Shown: piece after piece, positions 12,501-23,299 of the stretch
Layout: every line of letters begins with the position of its first letter
Position numbering within the stretch: position 1 is the stretch's first letter
Source: Gnetum montanum
Taxonomy: Eukaryota > Plantae > Gnetophyta
Direction: 5' to 3'
Assembly (NCBI GenBank): GCA_015680685.1
Contig: MNCI01001817.1
Coordinates: 780,828 to 844,827 of the forward strand
Length of the DNA: 64,000 nucleotides
Program-made: the position numbers and the translations under genes
Notes under the pieces: model-generated
Database searches by the model: none
What the model saw: the letters and a program-made list of their open reading frames with translations, nothing else
Told to the model about the DNA's origin: nothing

Positions 12501-13084
12501 TGCATAGAAAAATGAAATAATTTTAAAAGAATCAGAAATTAAGGCAAAGCACATACCTGTCCACTCTATACACTGTTCCAGGTGGGTTTTGGAATAATGT
12601 GTGAGCATGAAAAGCTAAAAAAAGTGTGTTGTTGCTGTTATAATGACTACAAGTAGGCAATTCCCATACATGAGTCAAGGGACGAGTAGACCTAGGACCC
12701 TTAGGAGGGCCTCCCTCAACTATGAAAAGTCTCTCATCTATGTCAGCAATGAAGGCAAGCATGTATCGTGTAGATCCCAGTAACATTGTTTCAATGATAT
12801 GATGAGCCAACTGCTCACTTAAGTGAGACCATATAACCACGTTGAAACTTTTTAGGATAAATGACAAAAATGCACCAACCCCAGGACGGAACCATATCAC
12901 ATGAGGCCCAATACGCATATCATAGGGAGGTACGTCTAGTCCAAAAGGGCCAAACCAAGCAAGTACACCAACGAGCTCGACCACAAGGAGGGAAGGTTTA
13001 AGCCCCCTACATATAGCCAAAACCTTAGGTAAGTAAAAAGGGTCCAAGTGTTCAGAATAATATCCAATTACATAAACCAAATAC
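9547..13084 (-). pseudogene. Antisense six-exon cargo gene (~1000 aa): NIF/FCP1-like pseudo-phosphatase + PMD-like region + acidic linker + coiled coil
   Basis: Exons ~13084-12557, 12478-12207, 12117-11071, ~10968-10687, 10608-10399, 10305-9547. GT..AG introns 12556-12479, 12206-12118, 11070-~10969 (acceptor uncertain), 10686-10609, 10398-10306; phases rejoin the ORF-track fragments. Stops are mostly TAG/TAA/TGA consistent with C>T decay; one frameshift in the last exon. Confidence 0.8.
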
Positions 13085-13678
13085 ATAAATAATATTTAAC
13101 ACATAGATCTGCCCCATGATACAAGGACACCAATATTTATTTGGTATATTTAACGCTCAGTGGGGTACATTGAAATATTTTACACCATAGTTTATTGCAA
13201 GCGATATAAAAGAAACTCGCAAATATAGGACCATGAACATTCATAGATTCGTAGAAACATACTTAAATCAGTCCAAACAAGGAAACAATAAACACTGTAG
13301 ACATAAACACCAGCAACGAATAAACATTTCAACAAACAATGTTCATCTTCACAATTCTACGCAAGCTAGACATGCTCACATTACCAGCAATCACTGTATA
13401 TACACAAATTTCGGCCCTCTCATTTTTGCATGAAATGCAGTTCAGATATACCAAGCTTTGAAAAATAAAACTTGCTGAAAACCAATCACTATTTTCTCTT
13501 TAGCCCCTAGACACTGGTTCACCTCGTAATAGACACTGAAATTAGCAAAAACTAGAATCACCATGGCCTATATACAGGCCAATCAAGGAAAAACTGTTGA
13601 AAACAAAAGGAAAAAAAAGAAATCCCAACAAAGGACCGCCCATGGGAAGCCTATCCCAGGGCTAAGGACACCCACATT

Positions 13679-13880
13679 ACTCACGCTGCACATGCCTAGC
13701 ACTCATGCTGGGCCTATTCCTAGCACTCACGTTGGGCTTGTTCTTGGCACACATGCTGCCTATTCCCAGGAACTCATGCTGGGTTTTCCCCTGGCACTCA
13801 TGCTGGAGCCTACCCAGGAACTCATGTTACCCATTCCCTGCAACTCATGCTGGGGTTTTCCCTAGCACTCACGCTAGAGC
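13679..13880. repeat. Degenerate ~21-24 bp tandem array with ACTCAYGCTRG core (copy at ~2655-2860)
   Basis: About 8 cores, e.g. actcacgctgc, actcatgctgg (several times), actcacgctag. Lies upstream of the antisense gene. Confidence 0.75.
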
Positions 13881-14988
13881 TTACCCTATTTACAAAATGT
13901 AAACTAGCCCATATCTAATCGCGCACAACTAGAAGAAAAAGAAAAATAAAAAACAACCAAAAATACAGCAAGCCATAAACCCTAGTACAAGCCCTGATGT
14001 CCCAAAATGCAGCAGAGAAACCCAAAATCGCACTGAGAAAATAGCAGAAAACGGCGTCCATGAGAGACCATGCTGTCCAAACTAACATTGCGCACATAAT
14101 ACTAGACAAGGAAGCAAGAGGAAGCAAACATAAGTGAAGTTCCATCCCATGTTGGAATTCTAGCCTTAGGGAGATGCTGAAGTAGCTCTTCACTCTTCTC
14201 CATGAATGCTAGATTCGCTTGCTTCTTCCCTTTGCCTTGACTTGGTCTCCCTTTTCCCTTCATTGCTGATCTGTGACACAAGCTACAACTCACACTGTAA
14301 TGCACGATGCAACTCATGCTGTAATGCACACTGTAACTCACACCAACGCTCATGCTGCACTCTCTAGCTTGCTCACACTCTCACATCCACAAACTCACGC
14401 TAGCACAAACGACACCCCTTTACCTCAAAGCCCTCTTTTTAACTCCCATGTTCACTTTCATTTTTCTTATTCATTTTATTGTTTTCATTTATTCATTTTT
14501 ATTTATTTTTAGTAATTTATCAGGTTCCAAGGTTAACTTTTACTTTCATGTTATTATTTACATCATCTTTGTTTCATTCTTACATGGCATTCTTCTTTAT
14601 TTCATTCTCTAGAGATAAGGTCAAAATATTAAAAATAGCAAAAACAAAAAAAAGAGGGGAGGAAAGTTAAAATCAAAACAGAAATATATAAAAATATATG
14701 ATGATGTGCTTAAAAAATCATAAGACTATAAAATTTCATAAATTTATTATTCGTGCAAAGCATAATGACATGAATATTACCAACCCGGTACAGCCTAAAA
14801 CTGCCATGGATGGCCCGGTATGGCCTAAAACTACTATATGGTCCAAGTATGACACTAAACTACCACTACATTCCACAATTTCTTCAGTACATAGATTAAT
14901 TACCCAATACTCGTTTACATTTGACAACTCCTTCATCAAGTAAAAGTCACTCACTTCGCTCCCGGTTTAAATTGGCAGGAGCAAGCAC

Positions 14989-17900
14989 ATGGCCACCAAG
15001 AATATGTTTTCAACATTGTCTCTCAGTGGACCACACAGGGAATTAAAAAGGATAATCAATCTAAAATCCTTAGATCTAGACCTGTTTGCTTATACTAATT
15101 TAATAGCCTCCACTCAAGAAACGTCAGATTGGTCTAAAAATGTGGCTAAGACTTTAGATCTAGAGGCCGATAACATCACTAAAGATCCTCTTGTTGAAGT
15201 CCCCATTACTACATCCAATGATGAGTCTAGAACATTGAAATTAAGTGTCCTACTCAACTCATAACTTGTCAGTGACATCACTTGAGTATTAAAAGACAAT
15301 ATAAAAACATTCGCGTGGTCATATACTAACATTCCAGGGTTGGACCCTCAAATTTTCCAACATAATATTATTCTTGATGCAAAAATCAAATAGATAAAGC
15401 AAAAGGCACAAAAGGTTAGACACGAGGTGGCATTAGTAGTTCGTCATGAAATCACGAAGCTCTACCAAGCTGTTTTCATCCGAGTCATTGACTATTCTGA
15501 CTGGGTATCAAACATTATCAAAGTCCCTAAGAAGAATGGTAGTATATGCATGTGCATTGACTTCTATGATCTGAACACAACCACTATAAAGGATGACTTC
15601 CTGCTACCTAGTATCAATCAACTTGTTGACACAACTGCTGGGCATGCACTATTATCCTTTATGGATGGATTTTCAGGATACAATCAAATAAGAATCAACC
15701 TAGAACATCAACTCAAGACAACCTTTATGACACCTTGGGTCACATTTTGCTATACGATTATGCCATTTGGTCTTAAAAATGCAGGCGCTACATATCAAAG
15801 AGCAATAACATATATATTTAGTGATTACACGCTCCATTTTCTCAATGATTATGTTGACAATATTGTAATTAAATCTAACACAACCGAACAACATGCAGAA
15901 GATTTAGACTTAGTGCTTAAACGTTGTCTCAAATATGACCTCAGACTCAATCCAAAGAAGTATGTCTTTGGTGTTAAAATGGGAAAAATTCTTGGCTTCG
16001 TAGTCTCTAAAACAGGGATACGAGTAGACCCTGATAAGGTTAAGGAAATAATTAACATGCAACCACCAAAAAACCTTACTAGACTACGTGGTCTACAAGG
16101 TAGACTGCAATTCATTAGACACTTTATTGCAAAGTTGACGGATAAGTTGAGACCCATGCAACACTTACTATGAAGGAATGTGCATTTCCAATGGACTCAA
16201 CAATGCTAAGAAGCATTCGAGAACATAAAGCAAGAGTTGGCTCAACTGTTGACAGTTTATCCCCCATAGAGCGATAAATCCTTCTACATCTACCTTGCAA
16301 CCTCTGATTCTTCCATTGCATCGATGCTTTTTCAGAAATGTGAAGATGAAATCGAGATCCCTATCTATTACTTAAGCCATGCTCTAATTACTTATGAACA
16401 ATGATACAATGACATGGAGAGATCATGCCTTGCCCTCGTCTTCTCCTTGAGGAAATGGCGACATTATCTCTTCCGTAATCAAGTCTACATCATTTGCAAA
16501 AATAATGTGCTTTGAGCCATCACTAACAGCATCTATGAGTTGAGTAGGATAGCTATATGGAAAGCAATGATCACGGAGTTTGACCTACACTATGTTGCTT
16601 AGTCCTCCATAAAAGGTCAAGCAATTGTCACATAATTGACCATCTCACCAACACATGATCAAACAACAATTAACCCTAAATTCCCCAATGAGAATGTTAA
16701 TTGTATAGGCACCGTACCTGATAACTACAAGGCAATCCTTTATTTTGATGGAGCTTCAACTTCCCGAGGAGGAAGTGCTGCGGCCATTTTAACATACCCC
16801 TCCAGAGAAATCTGGCACTTCAACTACCAATTAACCTTTCCTTGTACCAATAATGTGGTGGAATACGAAGGTATTCTTAGAGGTCTTCTGGCAGCATTGA
16901 CTTTAAAAATTGCACGTCTTGTAGTTCGAGGTGATTCACAACTAGTCATTAACCAAGTCACAAAGGTTTACACATGTAAGGCTTTCCATTTGCAACCATA
17001 TTGTGATTTGACCAAATATCTACTAAAGCAATTAATAGACGTGGATGTACAACATGTTCCTAGGAGCGAAAACACCGTTGCCGATGCACTTGCTACACTA
17101 GCCCTAAACATGACACCTGAAATGTTCCATGCATTGCCTAGTTCTATAACAAATTATGTCGAACCTATAACCGATGCTCTCAATGAAATGCCCTTAGCAT
17201 CCGTTAGCACAACACATGTGATAGAATGGTATGATGACATAAAAGAGTACCTTCTACAAGGCGAACCTCCATAACATTTGACAAACGCTCAAAAGGACAC
17301 AGTGCAAAAACATTCTCAAAAATATGCATTAATAGGGGACACATTATGTAGCAAGTCCTATGAAGGCATTCTGTTGATGTGCATTAGTAGCATCAATGGT
17401 CAAAGAATTGTAGAACAAGTCCACGAAGGACTTTGTGGAGGGCACATAGCACCCAAAGTGATGGCAACAAAGATTAGACATTTGGGTTACTACTAGCCAC
17501 ACATGAAGTACGATTTCTTCTCCAAGGTTAAGACATGTGACATTTTCCAAAGGCATGGTAACCTAATACATGTGCCACCTAACAAATTGCACACAAAAAA
17601 AATCACATGGTCATCCCAAATATGGGGATTAGACATCATTGGACCAATAACACCACCTTCTTCTACAAGGCATAGCTTCATTATCACTACAACTGAATAC
17701 TTCACAAAATGGGTGGAAGCTATTCCCCTTAGGAAGACCACTTCTAAGCATGTTTGCACTTTCATACTAGAAAACATCGTGACCCATTTTGACATTCCAA
17801 TGATCATCGTTACCAACAATGGGCCTCAATTCAGCAGTGCAGATACTAAAAGCTTCTGTGAAAGCCTAGGTATTAAACATGCCTTCTCATCACCTTATTA

Positions 17901-18465
17901 CCCGCAGAGCAATGGTCAAGCAGAGGCTACAAAAAAAACTATCATCATGGTGCTTAAAAAGATGCTAAATCAGATCAAGAGGCGATGGCATGAACAATTA
18001 TTCTATGCATTGTGGGCATGCAGAATAACACATCGAACACCTACAGGTAAAACTCCATATAGTCTTGTATATAGATCTGAAGTTGTTTTACCTTTGGAGT
18101 TACAGGTTCCCTCATTGTAGATAGCTCTCTAAGGCCTCCTAGATGAAATCCAAAGCAATGAATTGTGCATTGCTGACCTTAACTCGGTGGAAGAGGAATG
18201 TGTGTGAATGCTTGATTAGATCGAGTGGTACCAGAAACAACAATAGCAACGACATCGACACAATCTACATAAGTTCCCAATTAAAGAAGGAGACCTAGTC
18301 CTCAAGGCTGTCCATGAACACCCAGATAAATTCTCAGCTAACTAGGAAGGACCTTACTTAGTCACCAAGGTGTACAATAATGGAGCATTCAAACTTGCTG
18401 ACATGGATGGAAATGAGTTCGCTAATCCCACAAATCACCTGTACCTGAAACGGTACTATGTCTGA
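14989..18465 (+). pseudogene. pol: pol: RT (~15427-16110), RNase H (~16250-16630), additional archaeal-type RNase H (~16730-17110), integrase (~17390-18465)
   Basis: MDGFSGYNQI / PFGLKNAGATYQ / YVDN; LYFDGAS...TNNVVEYEG...GDSQLVINQV; HEGLCGGH, WGLDIIGPI, YYPQSNGQAE, WEGPY; stop TGA at 18463-18465. Confidence 0.95.
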
Positions 18466-18489
18466 TGAACTTGAGGTACATAACGATCC

Positions 18490-18770
18490 TGGCATCATGA
18501 CCTAAAAATGATATCATAGAATGGTCCTGGGGATATGACTTGAAACTGGCACCATAGAGTTCTATCTAGTATGACACTAAACTACCACATTTGTCCGCCA
18601 TGATGTAACACTAGCATGTAGAGTCCACTAAGACTATAAACTAGTTTGCCTCTTTACAGTCCACTACGACTATAAACTACTGCACCATCCACTACGACGC
18701 TAAATTTGCACTGTCCAAAAGGTTATGACATGAAAATAACCCACAACAGTTTGCTAAGACTATAAAATGA
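18490..18770 (+). repeat. 3' UTR array of short motif (C)CACTA/ATGACnnTAAACTA
   Basis: About 9 degenerate units, e.g. ccactaagactataaactag, ccactacgactataaactac. Confidence 0.7.
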
Positions 18771-19620
18771 TGACATCATTGATGACCAGGCAATACTCAA
18801 AAAGATATGTTGCTGCAATTGGCTGTACGTGCTCCACAAAGACTTGCTACATAATCTATCTTATGGACCTTAATGAAGCTGATGCTATTCATGATTCTGT
18901 CTACTTTGAAATTACACATGATGGCTTCATCTCCTTGGTTGTATTCAAGTTTAAAGTGCTTAGTTAACTGAATCATTTGTGGTTTTCTTATCTTCTTGGA
19001 GTTGTGTTTGTAGGATGACACACCTAAGGTGTTCGTGCATAGATGCATTTCATCATGAAGACAAAGTACCACATTCTTCCTGATGCACACAACTAGGTTA
19101 ATCAATTCATTCATAAGTACATTCCTAACTCCTGATATAGTCCCTATTCCCCATCATGTTCCCCTTATCCTATCGATACATTCTACTCATCCCAAAGCTC
19201 TTGATACATTGTTTTCTTGAAAAATAAAAATAGTTACACTTGTGTCTCAAATGATCATGTTACACATCATTGCATGGCTTTGGCTGTTTACAACGGGCTC
19301 CTATAAAAACTCTATAAGAGTCCTATTTCTCCAAAGAAAGCACCTCCTATGTCTCAATTCCGAGTCTGCTAAACACTGGCTACTGACAAGGACCAAAATA
19401 TAGCTTGTTCACATGAGAGCATTCCTCTCTCACAATTCCAATAGCAATTATAACCAATCCCCTTGCATCTTGACCTACAATTCCCCAATCCCATGTACTT
19501 TTGAACACAGTGTGATGACGTCAAGCCAAGGGCCGACAGACAATGCTTGATACTTGGTTGTTCATGGTGTTTTGTACTTCTTTGTCAACGCCTCTCAGGT
19601 GGATTCCTCCAAATATCAAC

Positions 19621-19633
19621 AAAGAGGGGCCAA
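19621..19633 (+). other. Polypurine tract of the Tat element
   Basis: AAAGAGGGGCCAA immediately before TGAAACACC. Confidence 0.75.
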
Positions 19634-21337
19634 TGAAACACCACTAATTTTGGCCTACCACTATGAAATAAGAACAACTCAGAGCCTTTTGAGCTTTTAA
19701 GAAGCAAAAATTTGACTAAGGCATAGAACTCACGCTAGGCTTGTCAAGCTAGGCTTACCCCTAGCATGAGCAACTACAATGACTTCAAAATTAAGTCAAA
19801 AATGGTTCAATCTGAGGGTGCAAGTCATCTGCATAATGTCATTGTTGTCCACTTCAAGTTTTAGCATTTAGGAGTTTAGATTTTAGGCTAGATTATACAA
19901 ATTTTCTTAGTCATGCTATAGTCACGCTCAGCTCACACTAGCAGCATGAGTCCAGCGTGAGCAACTCCAAGGGCCTCAAAATCATAGTTTGACTTCAAAG
20001 GTGCAAGTCATCCTCAGGGTTTTTTGATGACTACTTCAAGACCTAGTCACTTGAATTCTAAATTTCAGGTCCAAAATTACAAATTTTTTGTAGCTCACGC
20101 TATGGTCACATTGAGCTCACGCTCACAACATGAGTCTAGCATGAGCTACCAAAAGTGGTTCCAATCAAGGTAAATCCAATCTTAGTTTTTAACTTGTAGA
20201 TCACTCTCAGGGTTAGACACAGTCAGGCAAATGTTGCACTCAAGGAGTAGGCTTCAAAGATCAAATTTTGGAGTGAAATGTATCATTTTCAGCTCACTCA
20301 TACCCAGGTCATGTTGAGGTCACACTGAGCTCACGCTAGCAGCGTGAGTAGAGCATCTGTACTGATCACACCCAATCAAAAGCATGCCAAACACGTGTTG
20401 AGGACATGCCAACATAAAATAAACTCACGCTGGAGGCTTTGGTGAAATAGAGATGCCTCAAATAGCCACAAAACCACTCACATCAGCATCCTGCAGCAGT
20501 CAATTCAGGGATCGAGAAGTTCAAAGCGAGCCAGAGTCAATTTCTCTTGTTATACATTATCATTTTATGGTAAATTTTCATCATTTGTGAGCTCTTCAAG
20601 CTCTTACGCTCCAAATTGTATCTTCTTCTATGGGTGTAAGCTAGCTTGCATAAGTCAACACACGTTGTAAGATACAGTGCATCCAGTCAAGAACGTAGCC
20701 TACCTACACACGTCCAATTCACATGCAGCTGTCCATCAAACACCTATCACACGATCCATTTTCCTCTCATTTCTCAGCCATTGATTCCATCCATGAATTT
20801 CACACCTGAGCCTACCCAAACCTTATAAATACCCCGTCCATTCACATAAACGGGGTTGGTAATTTTGAAGGTTGATGGCTTTGGGAGCATTGACTGGCAA
20901 CTTTGGACGCTTGGGCACATGTGACTCTTAGCATCCAAGCACCTGAAACACATCACTCTAGGGCTTAGTGCTTGACTTGCCATCTACACCCGCAACTACA
21001 CTTTGACCGATGCACATCCTTGTTAAGCAATCTAATATAGTTCATTATTGCCTTCCTTTATACATTATTTTCTTTGTTTTGATTTATTTTACACTTATGT
21101 ATATGTGTTGTTTACATTTCATACGTTACCAGTTACAATAACCCCAACGCAAGCCATAGCTTACGCTCGGGGAAGTCCTTGGTTAATTTGTGTGCAGACC
21201 ATCCAAGGCACTCTTCCCTCATTTCTTTCTTTTCCAACTTGCCCTCATGCAAAGGTAGGGTCAGCTGTGACTCTCTGGCAATCTTTCAGCATTTGTTTTT
21301 CCCTTCCAGCCTTACGCCGACGATTTCGGTCAGCACA
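19634..21337 (+). mobile_element. 3' LTR of the Tat element (~1.7 kb)
   Basis: Starts TG after the PPT. Internal degenerate ~180-200 bp repeats, TATA-like CCTTATAAATA at ~20821. Ends ...GGTCAGCACA before a compositional shift; the end is not confirmed by a second LTR. Confidence 0.65.
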
Positions 21338-21339
21338 AT

Positions 21340-23290
21340 GATGAATTCATCCATCTTTCTTTCCGGTAGACCCTCTAGCTAGGAAAGCAATTAATAACAT
21401 CCATAGAACAATTAGTATATGTCATCTGCATCCATACCTACAAGAAGTTCTAGAAATCTACACTTTCATTGAAATTCATGCCACTACCCAAATGAATAAC
21501 TAATTGAATTCACTTAAATAGATGAGTCTCTCAATCCTCATTCCTTTTCCATCATGCTACTTGGGATAAGAAAGTTGTCACAAGTGGAGAATCACATATT
21601 CAACTATACCATCCACAATCTCTTCTCTCAAAATCTTTCTATGAATAAAAATAATTTTCTTATTGTAGATTTAAAATTGATTTTTAGGCCACCTCCTATG
21701 AGCTATGAGGGCATCATGATAGAGTTCATAGCTTTTTCCAAATGCCTCCATCTATGGAATCATTTCCAGTTATAGTTAGCTAAAGTTCCTTCCTTCTTTT
21801 GTTCTTTCTTTATTATTATATTTCATACCCAAATTAAACATCATGTCCCTCGCAAATGAAACCTTCCTTGTTATCCTTCCCCACTTGAAGATTCCATTTA
21901 GCATTTCCATGACACCCTACTCTCTACCCTTAGATCTTTAAATTTTTCTAGTAAACCTTTTCTTCCCAAATGTCTCCTATTTACTCTTAAAAAGCGTAGA
22001 TGATATCATTCCATTATTTTGAGACCTACCAACAAAAATCATAAAATCTAGATATTGGATTCTTTGTGGCATCTCTAAGAAGCTAATAGATAGCTTTTAG
22101 ACTTTGAGGTTTGCTTAGAATTTCAAACTGTTTCCTAGCATGTCATCCTTTCTAACTTTACCTTCATCATCAATAAAATTTCTTCTATTCTTTCTAGGTT
22201 TAAGAATTTTCTTTTGAAAATGTGTCTAAGGTCAAATCATGCATTTTCTATCTCATTCCTAAACTCCACAAACCTTTCTTGGTTGGTCATCCCATTTATT
22301 CCTACATAGGCTACCCTCTTAAATGTGCCTTTTGTTTTTCTTACTATTTACCCATGATCATCCTTCTCACTTAATCCTTTCACCTCACAAATTTCCTAGG
22401 CTTCCTCAAAGATCTTCACTTTTGTACTCTATCTTAAAATGTGATCCTCTTCGATTTTGATGTAGAATCTCTATACCTAAGTAATTTAATTAATGAAGAT
22501 CTTAGAACTCTGTCTATGATGGTTAATGCCTATTTTTGGGATCACCCTTATTCCCAATAGGATCTTTTCAAGGGTATCATCTTAGGTTTGGTTGTCTTGA
22601 TTCTCAAGCATCATTTTTAAGAATTTAATGGAAGGATATTTTAGCAAGTTAACAACACTACTATGGGTAGAAATTTTTCTATGGCTTATGCTTGTCTTTT
22701 TTTACCACCTCAAGTAACATTTGTTCAATTTAATGGATTATTCACCATTTCTCTACTATAATTGTTATATTGACAATGATTCTAGTGTTTAGAATAGTTC
22801 TCCTAATAAATTGCAAACTTTTTTTAGTAAGTACAATTCCTCTTTTCCTTCCATCTCCATCACCCAAATTATTTCTCATTCTTATGTAAGTATACTTAAT
22901 TTGATTTTCATCAAAGTTTCTTCCTTCTATGATAGTGGTATTCTTTCTATTCACTGTTATCAAAAATCTTTGAACACTTATCCGTATATTTTCCTCTTCT
23001 CCTAGCATCCCCTTTATTACAATAAGGACTTCATTATTGTAGAATTGAAATATTGTTTGTTGAGGAAAACACAACTTGGTAACTTCTTCAAGGCTAAGAT
23101 GTCTTTCTTTAAATAGCTTAGGGCTCACATTTACCCCACAAAAGTTTTGCTCCATTGTCTCAATAAGGTTTTTGCATCTACTAAAGTTGATCTCCTCTAG
23201 GCTATTTAAGGAAACATTCATAGAACCAAAAGAAACTCTCCCATTTTCAGAATGGATTTCAATGTTTCTCATAGTTGTTTACTTTCAATG
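21340..23290 (-). pseudogene. Heavily decayed coding remnant of unknown identity
   Basis: 176-aa ORF 22742..23272 plus E/K-rich stop-interrupted frames further downstream; no recognisable motif. Confidence 0.3.
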
Positions 23291-23299
23291 TTCATGAGA

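Larger units (their letters stand above)
5075..21337 (+). mobile_element. Ty3/Gypsy LTR retrotransposon, Tat superclade (Ogre/Retand-type order PR-RT-RH-aRH-INT); 5' LTR missing
   Basis: gag, PR, RT, RH, additional archaeal-type RNase H, INT, PPT and 3' LTR found in order. aRH between RH and INT marks the Tat superclade. Confidence 0.9.

Noticed and set aside
16730-17110. Second RNase H as a novel acquisition
   Set aside because: The additional archaeal-type RNase H is an established trait of the Tat superclade.
18490-18770. Regularly spaced repeats as a CRISPR-like array
   Set aside because: Repeats are degenerate with irregular spacing, there are no cas genes, and the context is a eukaryotic retrotransposon 3' UTR.
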